Shown: positions 36,158 to 45,469 of the stretch, in pieces
How the letters are laid out: each line of letters opens with the position of its first letter
Position numbering within the stretch: position 1 is the first letter of the stretch
Assembly: GCA_029202985.1 (NCBI GenBank)
Contig: CP119316.1
Coordinates: forward strand, 297,767 to 361,766
Direction: 5' to 3'
DNA length: 64,000 nucleotides
Source of the DNA: Candidatus Andeanibacterium colombiense
Lineage (GTDB): Bacteria; Pseudomonadota; Alphaproteobacteria; Sphingomonadales; Sphingomonadaceae
The notes under the pieces: generated by a model
The model's input: only the letters and a program-made list of their open reading frames with translations
What the model was told of the DNA's origin: nothing
Database searches by the model: none
Program-made: the position numbers and the translations under genes

Positions 36158-37719
36158 CAGGCGGGCTCCTCGGCCGGCAGTTCCAGCCGGGGGAACACCG
36201 GGGCCGGGTTCTCGACCCGGATCGCGTGCAGCGCCGGATCCTCGGCCAGTGCGGCGAAGTCGCGCTTGTCGGCAGGGATACACAGCGCATCGAGGATCTT
36301 GGTCGAGGCGCTCGGCGTCACCGGCGAAACCGCCACCGCAAGATCGCGAATACAGCCGCACAAGGTCGCCAATACGCGCCGCATTCGCTCGGGGTCCGTC
36401 TTGCGCAGCGCCCAGGGCGCCTGCTCGTCGACATAGGCGTTACACGCGTAGACCGCCTGCATCCACGCCTCGAGCCCGGCAGTAAAAGCCAGTTTCTCAA
36501 AGGCTTCTGGCAGCTCCTTCGTGCAGGCTGCGCTGACCCTGGCGCGCAGTTCCTGGTCCACCGCCTCGACCGGGGCAAGTGCGGTAAAGCCGCCGTCGCA
36601 GTTCTTCGCGATGAAGCTCATCACCCGCTGGCCGAGGTTTCCGAAGCTGTTGGCCAATTCGGAATTGGCCCGCAGAACAATAGCCTCCTGCGACCAGCTG
36701 CCATCGCTTCCGAAGGTGACTTCGCGCAGGAAGAAATAGCGCAGCACGTCCACGCCGTAGCGTTCGGCCAGTTCGAGCGGATCGGTGACATTGCCGAGCG
36801 ACTTCGATTCCTTCTGCCCGCGGTTGAGCAGGAAGCCGTGGCCGTACACCTGCTTCGGCAGTTCCAGCCCCGCGCTCCACAGGAACGCCGGCCAGTAGAC
36901 AGCATGGAAGCGGACGATGTCCTTGCCGATCAGATGCAGGTCTGCCGGCCAGAACTTGGCCATCTCGGGCGTCTTTTCCGGATAGCCGAGCCCGGTGAGG
37001 TAGTTGGTCAGCGCATCGACCCAGACATACATCACATGGTCTTCCGCGCCCGGGACCTTCACCCCCCAATCGAAGCTGGTGCGGCTGACCGAGAGATCGC
37101 GCAATCCGCCTTCGACAAAGCGCAGCACCTCGTTGCGGCGGCTCTCGGGCTCGATGAAGCCGGGGTTCGAACGATAGAGTTCGAGCAGCCGGTCCTGATA
37201 GGCCGAGAGGCGGAAGAACCAGCTTTCCTCGACCGTCCATTCGACCGGGGTGCCCTGGGGCGAGAGCTTCTGGTCGCCCCCATTTCCATTTGGGCCTTCG
37301 CTCAGCTCGCTCTCGTCGTAATAGGCTTCGTCGCGGACGGAGTACCAGCCTTCGTAGCGGTCGAGGTAGAGGTCGCCATTGGCTTCCATCGCCTTCCAAA
37401 GCGCTTGGCTAGCATCGTGATGCGCCTCTTCGCTGGTGCGGATAAAGCGATCATACGAGACATCAAGTCTGTTGCACATATCCTTGAACAATGAGGAAAT
37501 TTCATCGGCAAGCGCGCGCGGCGTCGTGCCGAGGTCGCGCGCCTTCTGGGCCATTTTCAAGCCGTGTTCGTCGGTTCCGGTCTGGAAGCGCACTTCGCGC
37601 CCGCGCAGGCGCTGGAAGCGTGCCATCACGTCGGCCGAGATCGCCTCATAGGCATGGCCGATATGCGGCGGACCATTGGGGTAGGAAATCGCGGTGGTCA
37701 GGTAATAAGGGTTGGCCAT
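36157..37719 (-). CDS. metG: Methionine--tRNA ligase
   Basis: 520 aa. Class I motifs ISYPNGPPHIGHAYE (HIGH) and KESKSLGN (KMSKS-like). Confidence 0.96.
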   Translation of the reverse strand: MANPYYLTTAISYPNGPPHIGHAYEAISADVMARFQRLRGREVRFQTGTDEHGLKMAQKARDLGTTPRALADEISSLFKDMCNRLDVSYDRFIRTSEEAHHDASQALWKAMEANGDLYLDRYEGWYSVRDEAYYDESELSEGPNGNGGDQKLSPQGTPVEWTVEESWFFRLSAYQDRLLELYRSNPGFIEPESRRNEVLRFVEGGLRDLSVSRTSFDWGVKVPGAEDHVMYVWVDALTNYLTGLGYPEKTPEMAKFWPADLHLIGKDIVRFHAVYWPAFLWSAGLELPKQVYGHGFLLNRGQKESKSLGNVTDPLELAERYGVDVLRYFFLREVTFGSDGSWSQEAIVLRANSELANSFGNLGQRVMSFIAKNCDGGFTALAPVEAVDQELRARVSAACTKELPEAFEKLAFTAGLEAWMQAVYACNAYVDEQAPWALRKTDPERMRRVLATLCGCIRDLAVAVSPVTPSASTKILDALCIPADKRDFAALAEDPALHAIRVENPAPVFPRLELPAEEPA

Positions 37720-37739
37720 CGGGCCCTTTCCAATAGGAT

Positions 37740-38696
37740 TCAGGCCGCTTCCCTATTCATTGCCGCGGATGCGAGCAAGCTGCCGATTTCCATCGCCAGC
37801 AGGCCGGGATCGAAATTGTAGGTCGGGGCCTGCGCGGCGAGCCGGCCGAGCGCGCTATAGGCTTCGATGATGCCGGGCAGACGCGGGCGGGTGACATTGC
37901 GCATCTCGCGCCCGACCACATTGCGCGCAAGTTCGATCGCGGAGAGTTGGCGTTCGCGCGAAGGCCGGGCGCCGATCGCATCGGCCAGCGTTCCGCGCAG
38001 ATCGAACTCTTCGTCGCCGTCGGTCACGATCCGCCGCATCAGCGCGGCGAGCGGCGCCAGATCCTGCGCGACAAATTCCAGCGCCGCGCCGGGCGACCCG
38101 TTGGCGGCACCGATCGCGAGTGCGCGAGCTTCGGCATTCAGCTGCGGCGCTTCGCGAGCGAGCACCGCCTCGATTTCGCTGTCCGGCGCATCGGCGAAAC
38201 GCAGGATCCGGCAGCGCGAACGGATCGTCGGCAGGAGCCGCCCGGGTCGATGCGCGATAAGCAGGAAGAATGTCCCGACCGGCGGTTCCTCAAGGCTCTT
38301 GAGCAGCGCATTGGCGCCGTTCTTCTCAAGATCGTCGGCGGGATAGACGATCACGACCCGGCGACTGCCGAGCGTCGGGCGCGTGGTAAGCCGATGCTGC
38401 ATCTCGCGGATCTGATTGACCGTGATGTTGCGGCGGACTTCGAACTGCTTGCCCTCGTCGCGCTTCTTTTCCTCTTTCTCGTCCTTTGGCTGATGGGTGA
38501 GGATCAATATGTCCGGATGATCGCCCGCCGGTTGCGGGATGCCCGATTCGGCGACCAGCTCGCGCGCCGCAGCGAGGGCGAAATCGAACTTTCCGATCCC
38601 GCGCTTGCCCGCCAGCAGCCAGCCGTGATGCATCCGCGGCCCGGCCAGTGCCGCCCGCCACGCCCGCCAGGGCTCTTCGTGGCCAGAATGGATCAT
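37740..38696 (-). CDS. holB: DNA polymerase III subunit delta-prime
   Basis: 318 aa. HGWLLAGKRGIGKFDFA..NALLKSLEEPP..LPTIRSRC. Confidence 0.88.
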   Translation of the reverse strand: MIHSGHEEPWRAWRAALAGPRMHHGWLLAGKRGIGKFDFALAAARELVAESGIPQPAGDHPDILILTHQPKDEKEEKKRDEGKQFEVRRNITVNQIREMQHRLTTRPTLGSRRVVIVYPADDLEKNGANALLKSLEEPPVGTFFLLIAHRPGRLLPTIRSRCRILRFADAPDSEIEAVLAREAPQLNAEARALAIGAANGSPGAALEFVAQDLAPLAALMRRIVTDGDEEFDLRGTLADAIGARPSRERQLSAIELARNVVGREMRNVTRPRLPGIIEAYSALGRLAAQAPTYNFDPGLLAMEIGSLLASAAMNREAA

Positions 38697-39331
38697 GCGG
38701 CATCTTCCAGCAGCGGCCGGACCGCGGCCGCGATGCGGGCATGGATTTCGTCCGGATCACCTTCCCCGTCGATCCGGACGAAGCGCTGCGGCTCGGCCTC
38801 GGCAAAGCGGGCGAAGGCAGCCGATACGCGCGCATGATAATCCGCGTCGCGCCCGCCGATCGCGTCGGAACCGTCGGTGTCGCGCGCCGCCAGGCGTTCC
38901 TGCGCGGTCTCGGGCAAAACTTCGATCAGCACGGTCAGATCGGGAAACAGATCTTCGCTGCCGAGCCGATGGAGCGCGAGAATATCCTCGTCGGACAATC
39001 CCCCGCCGCCGCCCTGGTAGGCGCGGGTCGAATCGATGAAGCGGTCGCAGATCACCCATTTGCCTTCGGCGAGCGCGGGACGGATCAGTTTCTCGACATG
39101 GTCCGCGCGGGCCGCGGCGAACAGCAGGGCCTCGGCCCGCGGGTTCCAGCCTTCATGCGGCGGATGCAGCAGCAGCGTACGGATCGCCTCGGCGCCGACG
39201 GTGCCGCCGGGTTCGCGGGTGCGCATGGCGTCGATCCCGTGCCGTTCCAGCGCTTCGGCGAGCAGCCGGGCCTGGGTCGACTTGCCCGCCCCCTCTCCGC
39301 CTTCCAGCGCGATGAATTTGCCCCTGTTCAC
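38693..39331 (-). CDS. tmk: dTMP (thymidylate) kinase
   Basis: 212 aa. FIALEGGEGAGKSTQ P-loop and REPGGT motif. Confidence 0.95.
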   Translation of the reverse strand: MNRGKFIALEGGEGAGKSTQARLLAEALERHGIDAMRTREPGGTVGAEAIRTLLLHPPHEGWNPRAEALLFAAARADHVEKLIRPALAEGKWVICDRFIDSTRAYQGGGGGLSDEDILALHRLGSEDLFPDLTVLIEVLPETAQERLAARDTDGSDAIGGRDADYHARVSAAFARFAEAEPQRFVRIDGEGDPDEIHARIAAAVRPLLEDAA

Positions 39332-40485
39332 GAGAGCCAGCCTAGCACGCCGTTGCGTATCCGCTGCAGGATATTGGCCCGCGGGATATTTTCAGCCGCT
39401 TCGAGCGGAACCTCGTAGGGGGCGAAGCCGGCGATGCGGATTTCAAGCGCGGCGACCGGTTGCCCGGCCTTGATCGGGGCTCTCAGGGGCCCGCGATAGT
39501 GCATTCTCAAGGTTACTTGAGGTTTTACCATTTTGGGCAGATCGGCGACGATATCGGCCCCCGCGCGCAGTTTCACCGAGCCTGTCGCGCCGTCCTGCAC
39601 CAGCGCTTTGCCCATCGGCGATCCCTTGGCGAAAATCACCTTCGGCTCGAATGCGCCGAAGCCCCATTCGAGGTAGTCGCGCGAGATCCGGGCGCGCAAC
39701 TCGTCGCTGTCGACACCCGCGACCACCATGACCAGCCGCTGCCCGCCGCGCTGCGCGCTGCCGAGGAAATTGTAACCGGCCTCGCGGGTGAAGCCGGTCT
39801 TGATCCCGTCCGCGCCGGGTACGACCCCGGTGATCGGATCGTGGTTGTCCTGCCCGATCCCGTCATGGCCGAACGATCGCTTGCCGAAATAGCGGCGGTA
39901 GAGATCGGGATGGCGGGTGATCAGCGCCCTTGCCAACGTCGCGAGATCGCGCGCGGTGGTATAGGTCGCTCCCTCGTCGGGCCAGCCGTTGGGTGTGCCG
40001 AAATGGCTATCGTGCATGCCAAGGTCGCCGGCGGCGCGGTTCATCAGCGCGGTCCATTTGCCGGCCGAACCGGCGGTGCCTTCCGCCAGCAGCATCGCCC
40101 CGTCATTGGCCGAGACGGTGGTGATTCCATGCAGCAGCGTATCGATGCTGACGCGCTCGCCGGCCTTGAGGAACAGGCTCGAGCCCTTGCCCGACCACTC
40201 GCGCGCCAGCCGGTCGCTCACGACATATTGGGTTTCGGGCTTGAGCCGCCCCTTGGCGAGCATCTCGAACGCCACATAGGTGGTCATCACCTTGGTGACC
40301 GAGGCGGGGAGGAAGCGCCGGTCGATGTCCCGCGCGTGGAGCGTCTGGCCCGAACTCAGGTCGATCAGCAATGCGACCGGGGCCGCGCTGTCGGAAGGCG
40401 CTGCAGCGTCCGCATGCAGGCCGGCCGGGAGGGTGAGCATGGTCCCGCCCAGCGCAAGCGCCGCAATCCTGCCGATGTGCCTCAA
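39328..40485 (-). CDS. D-alanyl-D-alanine carboxypeptidase (S11, PBP5/6-like)
   Basis: 385 aa. Signal peptide, SVTKVMT (SxxK), SAND (SxN) and KTGFT (KTG). Confidence 0.9.
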   Translation of the reverse strand: MRHIGRIAALALGGTMLTLPAGLHADAAAPSDSAAPVALLIDLSSGQTLHARDIDRRFLPASVTKVMTTYVAFEMLAKGRLKPETQYVVSDRLAREWSGKGSSLFLKAGERVSIDTLLHGITTVSANDGAMLLAEGTAGSAGKWTALMNRAAGDLGMHDSHFGTPNGWPDEGATYTTARDLATLARALITRHPDLYRRYFGKRSFGHDGIGQDNHDPITGVVPGADGIKTGFTREAGYNFLGSAQRGGQRLVMVVAGVDSDELRARISRDYLEWGFGAFEPKVIFAKGSPMGKALVQDGATGSVKLRAGADIVADLPKMVKPQVTLRMHYRGPLRAPIKAGQPVAALEIRIAGFAPYEVPLEAAENIPRANILQRIRNGVLGWLS

Positions 40486-40525
40486 CTCCGCTCCAGTCCT
40501 TCATGCGACCGGAACGGGGATGCTC

Positions 40526-41527
40526 CTAGTCGTCCGAATAGATTCGGGCGTCGCTATACCCGGCGGCCCTGATCTTGGCGAGCGAGGCTTCGGCCGCCTG
40601 GCGCGAGGCGTAAGGACCGGCGCGCACGCGGAACAGCCTGCCCGAAGGCGAAACCTTGCCGCCGATGCCCTGCGCGACCTTCTCCGCACGGTCCCGCGCC
40701 GAGAATGCGCCGGCCTGGACAACAAACCCTCCCCTGGTGGCGGATCCCACCGGTCCGGCCGCCGGTTTGGAGACCGGTTTGACAGCGGGTTTGGGTGCCG
40801 GTGTCAGCGATGGCTTCGGTATCACGGGTTTGGGCGGACCCGCGGAACTGGCGGCGTCCAGCGGAGGCAACGCAAGGCCGGCCGCGCTCGACGGTCCGAC
40901 GGCAGCGACCGCAAGCGGCGCACCGGGAACCGGCAACGGCCCGACATTGCCCGGCAGCTTCAGCCGCAGCACATTGACCAGCGACATCGGCGTATCCATC
41001 CGGGCAGGCGCACTCTGGCCCGAGCGCAACGCCGCCCGTTCGGGCTCCTGCGGATTGACCCGGCGCACACGCACCGGGGTCGAGGCCGAGGCCCCGAGCT
41101 GCGCCAGCGCGCCCGGCGACAGGGCGATCAGCTGATTGCCGTCCATCGGCCCGCGCCGTTCGAGGCGGACGAGGATCGTCCGGCCGGTCTCGAGCGAGGT
41201 CACCTCGACATAGCTCGGGATCGGCAGCGTGTGGTGCGAGCCGGAGATCGTATCTCCGCCGACGGTATCGAGCGCGAGCGTCCCGACCTCGTCGTAATTC
41301 CATACGTCGGCGGGCGTATAGCTGGTGCCGGCGGCGGTATAGGGCCCTCCGACGGTTATCGGATAATCCGCCGCGGGCCCGTTGGCGGGCGTACGGAGCG
41401 GCATAGCCGGCGCCGAGGCCAGTTGATAGGCGCCGTCGCCGGACGAAGATGCCCCGCAGCCCGAAACGGACAGCGTTAACCCTAGCGCGGCGGCAAGCGC
41501 GGCAATTTTTCTATTTAACAATCTCAT
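40526..41527 (-). CDS. rlpA: Septal-ring lytic transglycosylase RlpA family lipoprotein with C-terminal SPOR domain
   Basis: ORF 40526..41545, with ATG at 41527 and lipobox LSVSGC. DPBB region SHHTLPIPSYVEVTSLETGRTILVRLERRGP, Pro-rich linker, and SPOR domain (GFVVQAGAFS..LFRVRAGPY). Confidence 0.85.
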   Translation of the reverse strand: MRLLNRKIAALAAALGLTLSVSGCGASSSGDGAYQLASAPAMPLRTPANGPAADYPITVGGPYTAAGTSYTPADVWNYDEVGTLALDTVGGDTISGSHHTLPIPSYVEVTSLETGRTILVRLERRGPMDGNQLIALSPGALAQLGASASTPVRVRRVNPQEPERAALRSGQSAPARMDTPMSLVNVLRLKLPGNVGPLPVPGAPLAVAAVGPSSAAGLALPPLDAASSAGPPKPVIPKPSLTPAPKPAVKPVSKPAAGPVGSATRGGFVVQAGAFSARDRAEKVAQGIGGKVSPSGRLFRVRAGPYASRQAAEASLAKIRAAGYSDARIYSDD

Positions 41528-42578
41528 CTGCCAGAAGGCCCACACTCATCGCGTAGTAGTTCGAGCAGTTATATTCGAGGATAACCCTATAATTCCCGGT
41601 TAATAGCCATGCCCTTGTTCCGGGGCCGTCGGGCTGGAACAGGCTGACCATCACATTGTCGCCGATCGGCGCCTGCGGATAGACGCCGAGCTGCTTCCAC
41701 TCGTTAACCGTCTTCCACTGGCTGAAACGCTCATGCACGCGGGGGCAGACCGGGGAGACGATCTCACCCTTGTAGGCGCCGATATCGAACCCCGCCGGCA
41801 CGCTCGCGCCCACGCCCCAAGGCTGTTCCGGCCGCCAGCCGGCGTCGCGGAAGTAGTTCGCGATAGACAGCAGCGTGTCGGTGCGGTTGCTCCAGATATC
41901 CTTCCGCCCGTCGCCGTCGCCGTCCACCGCGAGGCGGAGGTAGACGCTCGGGAGGAACTGCGGATTGCCGAAAGCGCCGGCATAGCTGCCGACCAGCGAG
42001 GAGCGCGGCACGCCGGTATCGGCAATCTTGAGCACATCGACGAATTCCTGCGCGAACAGATCGCGGCGGCGCCCCTCCCAGGCAAGCGAGGCGAGCGAGC
42101 GGGCGAGATCGAAATCGCCCTTCACCGTGCCGTAATTCGTCTCATGCCCCCAGATCGCGATCACCACCGGCGCCGGGACGCCGTAAGTGCGTTCGACCTG
42201 CCGGGCGAGATCGCCGCTGGCTGCATAGACCCGCTGACCGCCGCCGATCCGGTTGGCGTCGATATGTTGCGCAAGGTAGGGCGCGAGCGGCGGGAAGCCG
42301 CTTCCCGGGGGCCCCGCCGGCTGCGACCGGTCGAGTGCGATCACCCGGCTGTTGGGCGTGAGTCCCGCGGTCATTGACGCGATCGTCGCTTCGGATACGC
42401 CCTGCGCCCGCGCCTGCGCGGCAAGCTGCCGGACATAGGCGGCGAAGGACGGATCGGCCGCTCCGGCGGATGCGGCGGTCGGAAGCGGCTGCACGACTTC
42501 CTGTGCCTCCGCCCCGTTCGGCGCGGCCGCGAGAGTGAACAGCGCCGACAGGGCAAGGATATGGCTGCGAATGCTCAT
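41511..42578 (-). CDS. Lytic murein transglycosylase (MltB family)
   Basis: 355 aa. Signal peptide, then IWGHETNYG..GAFGNPQFLPS..DGDGDGRKDIW motifs. Confidence 0.9.
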   Translation of the reverse strand: MSIRSHILALSALFTLAAAPNGAEAQEVVQPLPTAASAGAADPSFAAYVRQLAAQARAQGVSEATIASMTAGLTPNSRVIALDRSQPAGPPGSGFPPLAPYLAQHIDANRIGGGQRVYAASGDLARQVERTYGVPAPVVIAIWGHETNYGTVKGDFDLARSLASLAWEGRRRDLFAQEFVDVLKIADTGVPRSSLVGSYAGAFGNPQFLPSVYLRLAVDGDGDGRKDIWSNRTDTLLSIANYFRDAGWRPEQPWGVGASVPAGFDIGAYKGEIVSPVCPRVHERFSQWKTVNEWKQLGVYPQAPIGDNVMVSLFQPDGPGTRAWLLTGNYRVILEYNCSNYYAMSVGLLADEIVK

Positions 42579-42646
42579 GTCCCTACCCTGTCACAGCGGA
42601 CGACTCCGGCAAAGGCCCGATCGGACGATATGCCGCTGCTTTTCGC

Positions 42647-43501
42647 TCAGTTCCCCTGCGGCGGGCCCATCGGCTTGTTCGGATCGAACGGCGGGAAGCC
42701 GCAATTCACCTGGGTGCCGCAATTGGTGACCGTGTGGACGTAGCGGATCTTGCCGTTCTCGATGCGGAACAAATGGCTGTCGGGCCGCGCATTGTCGCCC
42801 ATCTTGAGGAACACATCGACCGCGCCGATGGTCTCGTCGACGACATAGACCCGGCTGGCCATCTTGATACCGGACGGCACGCCGACGTCGCAGCTGTCGG
42901 TCGGCAGGCCCTTGCCGGTATAGACACCGCCTTCGAGCCGGGCGCAGGGGGTGCCCCACGGAACCTGAACGCTCTTGTCGTTGAACAGGTCGAGATAGGC
43001 ATTGGCCGCCGCGAGCAGTTCGGCGCGGGTGTTGCGCTGCGCCTCGGGGATCACGCCCCAGTTCTCGCCCTTCGCATATTTCAGCGTGTTGGCGGCGCTG
43101 AACAGCCAGTCGCCCTCGTCGGTGACGATGTTCTGGATTTGCCCGATCCCGCCGTTGAAGCCGCTGCCCATCTGGGTCGCCATCACATAGGGATGCTCGG
43201 GATCGGTCATCACCGTCTCGATCATCACCTGGCAGGTCGTGGTATCGAGAAGCTTGCGCGCGAAATCGACCTTGCGGGGCTTGGTGAACAACCCGGACAG
43301 GGTGCCGATCTTGTAATTCTCGCGATAGTCGGCCCATTCGCCGAGTTCCATCTTGAACGGATCGCCCGCTTCCAATGCATTGACCCAGCTCTGGGCCATC
43401 GTGTCGAGCTGTTCGCGGGTGCAGCCCGCCTGGGCCGAGGCCGGCGAGGCGAAGGCAAGCGCGGCGAAGGCCGAGATGGCGGCGATAGTGAGGCGTTTCA
43501 T
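42647..43501 (-). CDS. Hypothetical secreted protein
   Basis: ORF 42647..43585, with ATG at 43501 (MKRLTIAAISAFAALAFASPASAQA). The C-terminus FRIENGKIRYVHTV resembles an NTF2/SnoaL-like strand; family uncertain. Confidence 0.6.
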   Translation of the reverse strand: MKRLTIAAISAFAALAFASPASAQAGCTREQLDTMAQSWVNALEAGDPFKMELGEWADYRENYKIGTLSGLFTKPRKVDFARKLLDTTTCQVMIETVMTDPEHPYVMATQMGSGFNGGIGQIQNIVTDEGDWLFSAANTLKYAKGENWGVIPEAQRNTRAELLAAANAYLDLFNDKSVQVPWGTPCARLEGGVYTGKGLPTDSCDVGVPSGIKMASRVYVVDETIGAVDVFLKMGDNARPDSHLFRIENGKIRYVHTVTNCGTQVNCGFPPFDPNKPMGPPQGN

Positions 43502-43664
43502 CGCAAGGGTCTCCCAACTATCCGTCGGCGCAGTCGGGCCTGACGGATCTCCAAAATTGTTCGAACGGCGCGTCTTCGCGCTCATTGACTTTGCCTAATG
43601 GCATTGGATCGCGGTGTCACGGGGTGACAAGCGGCTTTGTGCGGTCTAGCGGCATTTTCTGCGC

Positions 43665-43754
43665 GGACAGGTGGCCGAGTGGTTTAAGGCAGCGGTCTTG
43701 AAAACCGCCGAGGGTGCAAGCTCTCCGTGGGTTCGAATCCCACCCTGTCCGCCA
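43665..43754 (+). tRNA. tRNA-Ser (anticodon UGA)
   Basis: GGACAGG acceptor stem pairs with CCTGTCC. Anticodon loop CTTGAAA between GCGGT and ACCGC. Long variable arm (class II). T-arm GTGGG-TTCGAAT-CCCAC. Encoded CCA. Confidence 0.93.
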
Positions 43755-43812
43755 ATTTTCTTCCTGGTCGGCCTACCGCTTCGCTACTTGAGGCCGGTCC
43801 GCCTACCGCAGG

Positions 43813-44025
43813 CTACGTACGGCCGGGAGTTTCCGGATTACCCGCCCCGCCCGGCGCGCGCTTCGCCGAGGGTTTGTCGTCCCGCGGCTGGTAGTAGCGC
43901 TCGGTATCCAGTTCCGCCTGTTCCTCCGGAGTATCGGCGACCGCATCCGGATCGAATTTCACCTTCCCGAAATCGTCGAGGTCTTCCAACTCGTGATCGC
44001 GCTTGGCGGGCTTATCCTGTTCCAT
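43813..44025 (-). CDS. Small acidic hypothetical protein
   Basis: ORF 43813..44103, with internal ATG at 44025 just downstream of the lpdA stop. 70 aa, Asp/Glu-rich, GC3-rich codons. No clear RBS. Confidence 0.4.
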   Translation of the reverse strand: MEQDKPAKRDHELEDLDDFGKVKFDPDAVADTPEEQAELDTERYYQPRDDKPSAKRAPGGAGNPETPGRT

Positions 44026-44059
44026 CTGACCGATACGCTGGCAAGCCCGCTTCGTTCCG

Positions 44060-45469
44060 TCAGATATGCAGCGCCCGCCCGTAAGCGCCGAGCACGCTCT
44101 CATGCATCATCTCGCTCAGCGTCGGATGGGCGAAGATCGTGTTCATCAGCTCGGCCTCGGTGGTCTCGAGCGTCTTGCCGACGACATAGCCCTGGATCAG
44201 CTCGGTCACTTCGGCGCCGATCATATGCGCGCCGAGCAATTCGCCGGTCTTCGCGTCGAACACCGTCTTCACGAAGCCCTCGGCCTCGCCAAGTGCGATT
44301 GCCTTGCCGTTGCCGATGAAGGGGAAATTGCCGACCTTGACCGTGTAACCGGCTTCCTTGGCCTTGGCCTCGGTCATGCCGACGCTGGCGATCTGCGGGT
44401 GGCAATAGGTGCAGCCCGGGATGTTGCCGCGGTCGAGCGGATGCGGATGGACCTCCTTGTTGCCCAGCTCCTGCGCGATCGCCTCGGCCGCGGTGACGCC
44501 TTCGTGGCTCGCCTTATGCGCCAGCCACGGGCCCGGTGCGCAATCGCCGATCGCCCACACGCCCTTGGTTTTCGTGCGGCCATAGCCGTCGATCTTGATG
44601 AAACCGCGGTCCATTTCGACCAGTCTGTCGATCCCGATGTTCTCGGTGTTCGGCACGATCCCGATCGCAACGATCACATGGCTGTATTCGCCCGAGGTGA
44701 TCTTGCCGTCCTTGTCCTTGAGCTTGGCCGAGACCCCCTTGTCCGAAACCTTGAGCTCTTCCAGCGCCGCGCCGGTGAGGATGTTCATCCCCTGCTTGGT
44801 CAGCGCCTTCTGGAGGAAGGTCGAGACGTCGGCGTCTTCGACCGGCACGATCCGGTCGAGCATTTCGACCACGGTAACCTCGGCGCCCATGTCGTTATAG
44901 AAGCTCGCGAACTCGATCCCGATCGCGCCCGATCCGATCACCAGCAGCCTGGTGGGCATTTCGGACGGGGTCATCGCATGGCGATAGGTCCACACCCGCT
45001 TGCCGTCGGCCGGAGCAAACGGCAGGTCGCGCGCGCGCGCGCCGGTCGCGACGATGATGTGCTTCGCGGTGAGGGTCTCGGTGCCCTTGTCGCTTTTGAC
45101 TTCGAGCGTGTTGGCGCTCTTGAAGGTCCCGGTGCCCATGTGCACCGCGATCTTGTTCTTCTTCATCAGATGGGTGACGCCCTGGTTGAGCTGCTTCGCG
45201 ACCCCGCGCGAGCGCTTGACCACCGCATCGAGATCGGCGGTGATCTTCTCCGCGGCGAGCCCGTAATCCTTGGCGTGCTGCATGTAGTGGAAGATCTCGG
45301 CCGAGCGCAGCAGCGCCTTGGTCGGGATGCAGCCCCAGTTGAGGCAGATCCCGCCGAGCAATTCCCGCTCGACGATCGCGGTCTTGAGCCCGAGCTGCGC
45401 GCTCCGGATCGCGGCGACATAGCCGCCGGGGCCGGAACCGAGCACGATTACGTCGTATTGATCAGCCAT
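44060..45469 (-). CDS. lpdA: Dihydrolipoyl dehydrogenase (E3)
   Basis: ORF 44060..45496, with ATG at 45469 (MADQYDVIVLGSGPGGY). Redox-active GGICLNWGCIPTK and C-terminal HAHPTLSE. Confidence 0.96.
   Translation of the reverse strand: MADQYDVIVLGSGPGGYVAAIRSAQLGLKTAIVERELLGGICLNWGCIPTKALLRSAEIFHYMQHAKDYGLAAEKITADLDAVVKRSRGVAKQLNQGVTHLMKKNKIAVHMGTGTFKSANTLEVKSDKGTETLTAKHIIVATGARARDLPFAPADGKRVWTYRHAMTPSEMPTRLLVIGSGAIGIEFASFYNDMGAEVTVVEMLDRIVPVEDADVSTFLQKALTKQGMNILTGAALEELKVSDKGVSAKLKDKDGKITSGEYSHVIVAIGIVPNTENIGIDRLVEMDRGFIKIDGYGRTKTKGVWAIGDCAPGPWLAHKASHEGVTAAEAIAQELGNKEVHPHPLDRGNIPGCTYCHPQIASVGMTEAKAKEAGYTVKVGNFPFIGNGKAIALGEAEGFVKTVFDAKTGELLGAHMIGAEVTELIQGYVVGKTLETTEAELMNTIFAHPTLSEMMHESVLGAYGRALHI

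Noticed and set aside
43665-43830. tRNA-Ser as an integration hotspot or genomic-island boundary.
   Set aside because: No integrase, no direct repeat of the tRNA 3' end, and no compositional shift. The flanking genes (lpdA cluster, secreted protein, mltB) are core-like.
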